Shown here piece after piece: positions 48,001-56,232 of a stretch of 64,000 nucleotides of DNA (position 1 is its first letter; the number at the start of each line of letters is the position of its first letter). The notes under the pieces were generated by a model. The model saw only the letters and a program-made list of their open reading frames with translations. It did not search any database and was not told the DNA's origin. Origin of the DNA: an uncultured Flavobacterium sp. (GTDB taxonomy: Bacteria; Bacteroidota; Bacteroidia; Flavobacteriales; Flavobacteriaceae); contig CAZLEU010000002.1 of assembly GCA_964558625.1 (NCBI GenBank), positions 6,618-70,617 on the forward strand, in the 5' to 3' direction. Both the position numbers and the translations under genes were made by a program.

Positions 48001-51000
48001 CTTTATCGGCAGCAATTTTTTCCTTACCAGGATCCTTACCTTCATTAATCAACTGAATATCTATTAATCGATTGGTACGATTCGTATACCATGATGAGTC
48101 CAAAATAGTGTCATTGGAGTCATAAACGATTTGTTTCCAAGAATCAAATTCTACTTTGGAAAATGTACCATCAGGCATTTCGGTTCTAATCAATCTGCCT
48201 ACTGCATCGTAATACATTATAGGAGTAACACCAGTTTCAACTAATTCTTTATAACTTTCATAATGCCAATTAATAGAGAAATAGGGGTCATATTGTTTTA
48301 CAACATTATCTTTATTGTTTTTGATGGTTTTACCGTTTCCTATCCAACGGAGTTGTTTAGGCACAAGGGTAGCAGAGTTAATTTTATTTACAGTTATAGT
48401 ACTATCTGAATTTACAATTACTTGCTTTGCATTTCCCGGTTCTGCCTGTACTTTTTTCATTATTACTTCACCAATACCATTCGAATACTCAAAAGCAATC
48501 TGCACTTTATGTTCAATTGCATTTATAGTTTCGTCAGGCAATCTATAATGATTTTCTCTGGAAATTGAGGCGATTACAGCTGGTGGTAAAGGTTTTATTT
48601 TTTCAAGGTTATTGTTTGCTAGATGTTGTTTGTTCTCTTCCTCAGTTCTTTTATATGCATCAAAGTCATAAACAAACCTTGTTGTAGCATGATTTAACAA
48701 TGACATCCCCAAACTTGTAAGTACAACAGAATTGGGAGCCTCAAAAAAATCTTTTATAATTCCTAATTCGGCATTTGTTGTACTCTCTGATAAACCATTT
48801 AGTTCATCGGCTTGCCTACCTTTTCCCATTACTGCAATTGCCTTTACAAGACCTATCTCATCACTAAAAACTTCAGAAAAATTACCATTTATATCTTTCA
48901 TTTTTTTGGGAGTCAAGGTTCGAAAATTAAAACTTTCTACACCAGATTTGTTTCCCAAAGCATCTTCAGTTTCCCTTATAAAAAGATAATAACCATCATT
49001 ATTTCTCACTCCCACAGTAAATGTCTCGGTGTCATAAACAACAGAAGTCATGGCTCCATATGGATCAGTATAAGAAATGGGGCTATAGAAACGATTTAGC
49101 GCATCAACTTGACTTTCCAATGCAGTTTTAAAATGAATGCAACCCGACCGAATCCACCAATTGTTATCACCTTCACTGTGGGTAAATTTTCCTTCTGTTA
49201 AAAGTGCTGCATTAACTTTTGTTCCAAAAATGTCAGCAACCAATTCTGGGGTATAAGCCAATTGATAACTTTCAAAAGGAATTGCCAGTGATTCCAATTG
49301 ATGTAAGGGCAATGCTCCTGTTAAATCGTTCCGATAATAGGTAGAACGAACCTGCTCAATAAGTCTTTTTTGTGCTTTAGGAAGAACTAAAGGCTTGTTA
49401 AATTCATGGTAAAAAGCAGTATCCGATTTTGCATCAGAAAGTATATCGGTAAAATCAGTTGGTTTATAATAAACACTTGATTTTGCGACTCCTTTTAACT
49501 CATAGGTTTTTACTTCAGAAGGTAATCGTAGTCGGTATACTGTAGAGCCAAATACATCGTTTGTAAAAAGATTTTGATTATAAATGATGATAGTTTTGCT
49601 TTGTTCTTGTTGTGTTTCCAATGGAAGTGAAGAATCAACAACCAATCTTGGGTAGACCACAGATGCCGATTCCAACACATTACCATATTCATCCAGTTTA
49701 ATATTCAGACTATGTGCAATTCTTGGATCTTCTGCATTACGTTCATAACTATAAGTGATAGCTTCGCTTTCTTTTACTATAAATACAGCATGTTTGTTAT
49801 TGCCTTTAGGTTGAAGCAATTCGATAATACAATTGTGTGTAGCTACGGTAAAAGGCGTTAGTTCTTTTTTACGCGCCTCGTCTGTGTTACCATACTTAAC
49901 AGCATCTTTTGCAAAAATCTCAGACCGTAAAGCCATTCCTTTACAAGCTCGCATAGCTTCCCGCCATTCTTGACCAGAAAGATGATTAAGTATGGTTGAG
50001 TCAATACCAGGTGCAGTAACTATTTGGGCATCAGGTAAGGCAATTTCGTGATGAGGAACAACAAAACCTTCCCGTTGTATTTCTTCATACCAATAATCAT
50101 TTGCAAACGCATTGAGGATTTTATCTTGTTGTAAAAATGCTCCTGTATGATGCCACGATTTAGAAACTACTGGTTCTTGATACAAAGAGTCTTCAGTAAT
50201 ATTTGAAGCAGTGCCTTTTTTCCAGTGTTCGAAAGATTCTGCATCAATTTTTTCCACCATTCCAAAACCCCTGAATTCACGCTCTACATGATCATAATAC
50301 CCATGGTGGTATTTATATTCACTTACAAATTTATATCCAGATATTTTATCTACGATTATTGTTTTGGATACACAATGCACAGGAAATTGCAATTTGGTTA
50401 TCCAAGGTTTTCCAGCCAATTTATCCTCAATATAAAATTGGGTTGATGGAGTATAGGCTAACGACACCTCTTTCCCTAAATTATTCTTATAAGAAACCAT
50501 AATATGTGGTTTCTTACTGTTCATCAAGTCAATATATTTTAATGGTGCTATAGCATCTTTAGCCAATGAACTTGACCACACGATGCAGGCAACCCCATTA
50601 CCCAACAAATCGGTTACAGTAATTCTTGCTTGCGAATGGATTTCCAGAAAAGGATCAATTTCAAAAGGGTTTTTGCTAAATCCATTACCACTAAGATTTT
50701 TCCAACACGTAAATTTGTGTTTACCCAAATAAATAATATCAGAAGTTCCAGAACCATCAATGTCAGCTAATCGTATATGTGCAGGATTAAAAGCATCAGG
50801 ATGATCAAAAACAGGGGCATTGTCCAAAGCAACTTTAGCTCCGAATTTTCCATAACCCAAATTAGGCCAATAGCACACCTCTCCATTTCTGATTCGCAAA
50901 ATATCTGTCATCCCATCACCTGACATATCAGCTAGGAAAATTGTTTGTTTTGTATCGGCAAAAACGATATATGGTCCAGCTTCTTCATCAAACGGTTTAG

Positions 51001-52768
51001 GTGTCTTTTGAGCTTCTGAATAGCCATCTCTACCTTTCGAAGAATACCAAGTAAAAACAATATCTTCCGATATAACAACTTCTGGCTTCCCGTCGCCGTT
51101 CAAATCCAACATACGTGTATTTGGATCGTTAAAATCTATGTTTGGCATAGTTTTAAAAGATTTTAAACCTTGCCATTCATTATTATCATCCAGTTCAAAA
51201 TAGCCTTTGGGTTCAGTATCAAAACTGACCAATTGTTTGCCACCATCTGCATCTAAATCGGTTAATTGTAAATGACCACCAAGGCCTGTAAAAGAAGGTT
51301 TGGACAAAACCAATTTAGCTTGTTCAAACATCAGTTCATTCTTGTCATCTGTATTCCAAATACCGAGATTATGCTTGTAATACCAGCCATTAGCTTGTTC
51401 GGAAAGTATACCAGAAAGCCCTTCATTATATAAATCAACAAATTGATAGGGCGCCTGATCAATTCCATTTGGAGCATGAACTAAAGCTTTAGACGAAACC
51501 GTTTTTACTTCATTATTCCAATCATGCTTTTGGTATTCAAACTCCATTGGAGGTAGGCTTTTACATGAATAGCTCCCATCAAGATTTTTAATATAACCGA
51601 AAGAAGTAATTTTAGTTAAAAAAGTAAAATCCTGCTCAGAAGAAGTGTCATATTCAAAATTAATAGATTTGACAAGCGTTTTTACATCTGAATTGTCATG
51701 TTTTACAGCCAATTCTTCAAAAACATGAAAAAGCAATATTCGCTTACACAATCGAGTAGTTCTAATCTCAAATCCAGCTTTATAATCTGAAAATGAATCA
51801 GATCTGAAGTCCCATTTATCATTATTGATAGTATCTATTGAATTACTTTCTAATAAAGTCCCATAATCAAATATAGTTTGGAACATATAATCTGAATCTG
51901 AGGGAAAGGGATTGCCAAATTGTTGGTAAGGTGTCTTATTTCCATAAAGTATTTTTTCAAGATACACGTTAGTATAAGTGATTTCACCGTTTTGCATTCG
52001 ATTATGGTTATGCAATAATGAATTATCAAAACCAAATTTGTTTTCTTTTGTATAGATGTAGTGAGAACAGTTTCCTTTATCATCAAAAACAAATTCAGGA
52101 AGCCATTCATAAATTTTTGTATTGCCATCAGAGTAAGTTGGATCGAAAATCCTTGATTGTTTTGTCCAACCAAAAAGTGTAGTACTATTATCTCTAGTAA
52201 TAACTCGCCACTTAAGTTCACCATTTGCTTTTCTGGTCCATCTTTCAATTCTAGCAAACAATCCCTCCACCCGAGGCTTGTAATTTCTAACAATGAACAA
52301 CCCATCTGGAGAGTCATATTCGTTAATAATATATTCATTTTCTGTATCTAATAGAAAACTTCCATCTGGGTTTTTTCTAAATTCTGGAACTAAGTCTTCT
52401 GCCTCAGAAAAAAGAAATACATCAGAGTCTATTTCATCAAGATATTGGGGAAGTCCTTTATCGGTTTTGCGCTTAATAGAACTTAAGTTAATGTTCCATC
52501 CTAAACCAAAAATACCATTACCAGCACCTGAATTATAGGAAATACTTAATGATGGTGTTGCTCCTCTTGCTGGAGAAAATGGAAGTGGAATTGAAAACGA
52601 AGAAGTACCATTAACTGCATTAACAGAAAACTTTTCATCAATTCCTTTGATGGCACCTCCTCCTTTTGGTAGTGAAATAGAAGGAACTTCAATAGCATTG
52701 GATTTAGATTTCCCTCCGTCAGTCTTAAGGAATTGAGAAGTAGATTTGTTTTGTGGTTGCTTTTTCAT
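45008..52768 (-). CDS. TcB-TcC fusion (SpvB/TcaC N-terminus, FG-GAP propeller, Rhs/YD shell, Rhs core) with C-terminal cell-wall-hydrolase-like cargo
   Basis: SLPKGGGAIKGI, YNSGAGNGIFGLGW, GFEIRTTRLC, DLNGDG/DMSGDG/DIDGSG, EREFRGFG, YEEYHPFG, RYRYTGMERDEETGL...GRWLSSDPIG...NNPTKLVDTSG. Confidence 0.93.
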   Translation of the reverse strand: MKKQPQNKSTSQFLKTDGGKSKSNAIEVPSISLPKGGGAIKGIDEKFSVNAVNGTSSFSIPLPFSPARGATPSLSISYNSGAGNGIFGLGWNINLSSIKRKTDKGLPQYLDEIDSDVFLFSEAEDLVPEFRKNPDGSFLLDTENEYIINEYDSPDGLFIVRNYKPRVEGLFARIERWTRKANGELKWRVITRDNSTTLFGWTKQSRIFDPTYSDGNTKIYEWLPEFVFDDKGNCSHYIYTKENKFGFDNSLLHNHNRMQNGEITYTNVYLEKILYGNKTPYQQFGNPFPSDSDYMFQTIFDYGTLLESNSIDTINNDKWDFRSDSFSDYKAGFEIRTTRLCKRILLFHVFEELAVKHDNSDVKTLVKSINFEYDTSSEQDFTFLTKITSFGYIKNLDGSYSCKSLPPMEFEYQKHDWNNEVKTVSSKALVHAPNGIDQAPYQFVDLYNEGLSGILSEQANGWYYKHNLGIWNTDDKNELMFEQAKLVLSKPSFTGLGGHLQLTDLDADGGKQLVSFDTEPKGYFELDDNNEWQGLKSFKTMPNIDFNDPNTRMLDLNGDGKPEVVISEDIVFTWYSSKGRDGYSEAQKTPKPFDEEAGPYIVFADTKQTIFLADMSGDGMTDILRIRNGEVCYWPNLGYGKFGAKVALDNAPVFDHPDAFNPAHIRLADIDGSGTSDIIYLGKHKFTCWKNLSGNGFSKNPFEIDPFLEIHSQARITVTDLLGNGVACIVWSSSLAKDAIAPLKYIDLMNSKKPHIMVSYKNNLGKEVSLAYTPSTQFYIEDKLAGKPWITKLQFPVHCVSKTIIVDKISGYKFVSEYKYHHGYYDHVEREFRGFGMVEKIDAESFEHWKKGTASNITEDSLYQEPVVSKSWHHTGAFLQQDKILNAFANDYWYEEIQREGFVVPHHEIALPDAQIVTAPGIDSTILNHLSGQEWREAMRACKGMALRSEIFAKDAVKYGNTDEARKKELTPFTVATHNCIIELLQPKGNNKHAVFIVKESEAITYSYERNAEDPRIAHSLNIKLDEYGNVLESASVVYPRLVVDSSLPLETQQEQSKTIIIYNQNLFTNDVFGSTVYRLRLPSEVKTYELKGVAKSSVYYKPTDFTDILSDAKSDTAFYHEFNKPLVLPKAQKRLIEQVRSTYYRNDLTGALPLHQLESLAIPFESYQLAYTPELVADIFGTKVNAALLTEGKFTHSEGDNNWWIRSGCIHFKTALESQVDALNRFYSPISYTDPYGAMTSVVYDTETFTVGVRNNDGYYLFIRETEDALGNKSGVESFNFRTLTPKKMKDINGNFSEVFSDEIGLVKAIAVMGKGRQADELNGLSESTTNAELGIIKDFFEAPNSVVLTSLGMSLLNHATTRFVYDFDAYKRTEEENKQHLANNNLEKIKPLPPAVIASISRENHYRLPDETINAIEHKVQIAFEYSNGIGEVIMKKVQAEPGNAKQVIVNSDSTITVNKINSATLVPKQLRWIGNGKTIKNNKDNVVKQYDPYFSINWHYESYKELVETGVTPIMYYDAVGRLIRTEMPDGTFSKVEFDSWKQIVYDSNDTILDSSWYTNRTNRLIDIQLINEGKDPGKEKIAADKAAKHANTPNILHFDTLGRPVLSIEHNRNSITNVDEFYATKIKLDTEGNLRKVTDARDNTVMQYKYDILGHLVYQNSMDAGQRWLLTNIFGKPLRTWDERNQEFQYFYDIAQRPTYSKVIGGDGTTSLDHIFDKQFYGESLLTLNRSNETNLQDRNILGQVIQHYDTGGLIDTPNYDFKGQPLVTTRKLFKKYKEVANWIDVNLVNDLELGAGFTFSTVTDALGRIIQQTTPDGSIIIPSYNEAGLLDSESVLHFGATNPSVYIKEIDYNEKGQRSKIIYGNNVSTKFYYDTETFRLKRLESKRLNGDRLQDWYYTYDPVGNITNIEDKAIPINFFANSIIEPVSEYTYDALYRLVKATGRENNAALTFGTCDNWNDKPYMHSMNSSNPMAVRNYTQSYQYDAVGNIMEMKHLASGGNWTRGYEYESSNNRLKQTFIGDNGNPANYTKYQHHAKHGYMEELPHLEKIGWNFKEEVLLTSRQHCTNDNIPVITYYQYDASGKRLRKITENQAVAGGLPTKKEERIYIEGYELYKKHTGINIGLERISLSLLDEGHRFVMVETRNDINDGTEKQLVRYQLHNHLGSSSLELDGTPNAKVISYEEYHPFGTTAYQAINASIKSAAKRYRYTGMERDEETGLEYHSARYYLPWLGRWLSSDPIGIGDGVNVYAYGKNNPTKLVDTSGHQAFQQFNRPINGHSAADLNIATITLFGEMSATGSAANLTNEAHAIASVIFNRMDSVTPARTAETLAETRYAAAREEHREASSVLPALRDAVPRARDRVESATRRVTRDQNRVNRATARITRLEASLHAATSRQRPTLERQLVNARTELTTANGQLASSNSGLVAANLNLTTAITTRDTAETRFVTAQRNLRDRFSEFETARDARIEAESFLANHSGRPSLTEVVTAPGARSGHQFDGLATGRSLFSQRNATGARAWSAADRTRQENRWAIARAAVQQLATGGTRDPFLYFISNNNGARTLPSGETRIGGTDFRR

Positions 52769-53551
52769 CTTTTCATCTTTCGTTAGATTTGAAACTCATA
52801 ATGCAACAAGCCTTGTTACTATCTAATAATTAGACTTAGTTTTTTAAGAAAAAACCAATTGTTTTATCAGAATTTCATGAGGTAATCTTTTTTGTTTTCA
52901 ATTTGTAACTAAAACATAGATTTTTTAAAATTATTTATATTGAATTTTAATTAAATTGAAGTGGTAAAAAATAATTTTGAGACTTTTTATCCATATTTTA
53001 TTTTTTTGATTACCCTTTATTTTTTAAATTTCTACTATAAATAGTAGCACAAAGGTTATTATAAAAACAAGTATTTGTATTAGTCAAATAACTATTTTTG
53101 AATCCGTTATTTAACGGTTTTTTTATACCATCACATGATGGATATAACAGCCATTTGTTATTAAAAAAGTCAAAAGAAAAGAGAAATGAATCAAAGAGGT
53201 TGGTGGTTTTTTTGCTAGGTTACCGAACCAACTATTATTATATAGAAATCCACTCCAAAAGCTATGAATTCTCTAACTCTATTTGGGTAATGAATTAAAG
53301 CAGCAGTTATGGTAATTAACATTTGTTGAGGATATTTTTTTTAGTAAAAGCCACATTAAAATGTATGCTAATTATCATTTTTGGCACGTTTTTAAATCTC
53401 TCAATTTTCTACATTCCAAAATTCAGAATAGCTAAGCGTATGTTCGATAATAAGTCAGTGAGGGAAGTTGGAGATAAGTCAAGTACTACTATTATTTTCA
53501 CTATATACTTTATGGGATTTACAAGATAAATAAACACTTTTTTCCAAAATG

Positions 53552-53584
53552 AATAACCCAACCTCATAAAAAGGTTGGGTTATT
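53552..53584. terminator. Intrinsic terminator of the CHAP gene
   Basis: AATAACCCAACCT-CATAAAA-AGGTTGGGTTATT. Confidence 0.75.
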
Positions 53585-53613
53585 TAAAAATAATACTTGA
53601 AACAGGTTAAGTG

Positions 53614-55380
53614 TTATTTTTTAACTACTTTAATGATTTGTGTTTCTTTTTCGGTTTCTATTTGAAGAAGGTAAACAGCAGACTGTAGGTTTTGTAAATT
53701 CAACTTACAGGTAGTACTATTTGCTTTGTGTTCATTAATTTTTCTACCTTGTAAATCAAATAGAATAAGATTAAATATAGAACTATCTGTTGTTTCAATA
53801 TTTAAAAAATCATTTGTAGGATTTGGATAAACGGCAATACCATTTAATTTTGTTTCATCGTTATTTACACCTAAATTTCCACAGACAATTTGAATATTCT
53901 GAGGATTGCATGCCCCGGAATTACAGACAACCGTTGGACTATTTAAAGTTATATTGGTCAAAGTTCCTATATCCCCTTTGAGTATAATTTTATAATTACC
54001 AGCAGGAGAAATAACAGCTGTACCTAAAGATATATTTGTGTTTCTATCAAATGATTTGGTTTCTCCTGCTGTAAAACTCAAATTTTCAGCATTCCATAAT
54101 TCTGCTACAAAATTACCTGACATGTCAGTTAAATATAATTTAAATGATCTGGTAACAGAACTGTTCGTAATATTTCTTATGCTAAAGAATATATTTTTTA
54201 GTTGGTTACAGCGTAAAATGTGTTGACCTTCTGATGTTGGAAAAACTTCTGCATTCAAACTTCCTATAATATTGATAGTGGTTGTTGGCATAAAATTAGC
54301 AGTTAAAGTTTTATCACTATTTAATGTAAATGTATAGCTTGGATTAGTGCTAACTATCGTGCCACCGTCTGTCCAATTTGTAAAAGCATAACCACTATTT
54401 GCTGTTGCTGTTACTGTTCGTGAAGTGCCACAAGTAAAAGAACCAGATCCTGTTACTGTACCACCTGTCGTGGTATTGAGAGTTATTGAGCAGTTGTTAA
54501 TCGCTGAGTTAATAACGACGGATTGAGTGCTACTTTGTTGAAACTTATGCACAAGAGTAAAAGGGGTACTTGAATTTACTCTTGTTTCAATAAATATTTT
54601 GTAATCACCCGGAGAGCTTAGAATAGTATTTTTGTAAAAAGAAATATTTTTTGTTTGCCCAGCTGTAAATGTCTCGGTTTTTTCTTCTAATACTCCTACA
54701 AATTGATTAGTTGTAGTATATAAAGTTGCTCTAATTTGCGTCGTTACAGTAATTGAATGATTATTTTTAATATTTGCAGTCATATTAAATGGATTTCCTT
54801 GATATATTGGTTGAATACTTGGAGTACCAATTAATTCAAATCTGTTAAATCTAATATATCTTGGTGCATTAATATTATTTGTTGTAGCATATGCACAACT
54901 TGGATTCCAATTATAGTGTGATAAAAAAGGAATTCCATTTGACTGAACGTACTCAACATAAGCAACATGTCCTGCAGAACCAACACCATTACCTTCATTA
55001 TTGTTCCAATGTGCAATTGCACCAGGTGTTGGTGTAGTACTAACAAAATAACCATTGTTTTGTAAAACATTGTCCCATCTACAAGCATTACTTAACCTTT
55101 GTAATGCACTAGTAGGATTACAAACAGTACCATCACCCGCACTACTATACATATCATTAAAAAAAGCATGAGGTGTATTAACTGGTTGATTGTCTTGGTT
55201 TTGATTTATTTTCCAAGCTACCCAGTCTGTACAATTTTTATACACCATACCATATGTACTACCACCAGAGCATGCAGCATTTGGCCATGGATAATCATTG
55301 GTCTGTCCTAAACAAAAATTACCTAATAAAAACAGTAAAGCAAAAATTAATAATTTTTTAAGTTGTAAAATTGTTTTCAT
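53614..55380 (-). CDS. T9SS-secreted CHAP-domain peptidoglycan amidase/peptidase with Ig-like and InlB-B-repeat-like domains
   Basis: Signal peptide; NCTDWVAW, PTPGAIAHW, AGHVAYVE, SHYNW; TVTATANSGYAFTNWT; VYPNPT...KVVKK CTD. Confidence 0.85.
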   Translation of the reverse strand: MKTILQLKKLLIFALLFLLGNFCLGQTNDYPWPNAACSGGSTYGMVYKNCTDWVAWKINQNQDNQPVNTPHAFFNDMYSSAGDGTVCNPTSALQRLSNACRWDNVLQNNGYFVSTTPTPGAIAHWNNNEGNGVGSAGHVAYVEYVQSNGIPFLSHYNWNPSCAYATTNNINAPRYIRFNRFELIGTPSIQPIYQGNPFNMTANIKNNHSITVTTQIRATLYTTTNQFVGVLEEKTETFTAGQTKNISFYKNTILSSPGDYKIFIETRVNSSTPFTLVHKFQQSSTQSVVINSAINNCSITLNTTTGGTVTGSGSFTCGTSRTVTATANSGYAFTNWTDGGTIVSTNPSYTFTLNSDKTLTANFMPTTTINIIGSLNAEVFPTSEGQHILRCNQLKNIFFSIRNITNSSVTRSFKLYLTDMSGNFVAELWNAENLSFTAGETKSFDRNTNISLGTAVISPAGNYKIILKGDIGTLTNITLNSPTVVCNSGACNPQNIQIVCGNLGVNNDETKLNGIAVYPNPTNDFLNIETTDSSIFNLILFDLQGRKINEHKANSTTCKLNLQNLQSAVYLLQIETEKETQIIKVVKK

Positions 55381-55488
55381 AATAAAATAGATTTTAGAAT
55401 TCCACCAAAAGTAAAAGCTTTGTTAAAAATAAATCAACAAAGCTTTGTAGACAGGTAAAAAGAGTTTGTGAAAATACGTTGAGGTATT

Positions 55489-56232
55489 TTAATTAAAGTT
55501 TTCGGATAGGTTTATGCCGTTTTTGATTACTTTTTCGATAGGCTTTAATATATCTTTTATTTTTAGTGGCTCTAAGAAAACCTTTTGTTTGGTTACCAAA
55601 CCTTTAAATTTTTTATTTATTATAAAACCTCTGTGGATCCGTTCAAAATTATCATTTAAGTGTTCACTAATTTCTTTTAAATTTTTTGAGAAACGATGAA
55701 ATTCGTTTTTGATGGTATAAAGATTAGAATAGGTACCATCTGCTTCTATAAAATAAATATCCTCATATTTTATGTAGTGTTCGCCATATTTATTTCTTAA
55801 TAGTAAGGTGTCATTTTTATTGAGGTATTTTTTTTCAAAAATTTCTAAGGCAATTTCTATTTTTTCGGAAGTAAAAGGTTTGTCAATAAAATCTATAGCA
55901 TCAATTTTAAATGAGTTAATGGCATAATTTATCTTTATCGAATTGACAATAACACAGGGTACGTGTATATTATTTTCCTCAATCAACTTGATTAAATCAA
56001 AACCCGATTCACCATTTAACTCAATGTCTAAAAAAACTAAATGTGGCTTGTGTTTTTTGATAAGTTGTATTGCTTCACTTAAATTTAGTGCTAAGCCTTT
56101 ATAATCGTATTTTGGAAATTTATCTACTAAATATTTTAATTTGCCAGCAATAATTGGAAAATTTTCGACGATGATGTATTTATATTTTTGCATAATAACT
56201 AATTGCTGAAAATGTAATTTTTTGGGATACAA
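55489..56232 (-). CDS. LytTR family response regulator (start probably near 56193)
   Basis: PHLVFLDIEL, AIDFIDKP, IEADGTYS, FERIHRGFIIN. Confidence 0.9.
   Translation of the reverse strand: MYPKKLHFQQLVIMQKYKYIIVENFPIIAGKLKYLVDKFPKYDYKGLALNLSEAIQLIKKHKPHLVFLDIELNGESGFDLIKLIEENNIHVPCVIVNSIKINYAINSFKIDAIDFIDKPFTSEKIEIALEIFEKKYLNKNDTLLLRNKYGEHYIKYEDIYFIEADGTYSNLYTIKNEFHRFSKNLKEISEHLNDNFERIHRGFIINKKFKGLVTKQKVFLEPLKIKDILKPIEKVIKNGINLSENFN

Noticed and set aside
53382-53396. TGGCACG sigma54-like site on the plus strand
   Set aside because: It points away from the Tc operon toward a terminator, with no credible gene and no enhancer palindrome
53098-53529. Two short plus-strand ORFs (66 and 68 aa)
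   Set aside because: TTG starts, no motifs, AT-rich intergenic composition
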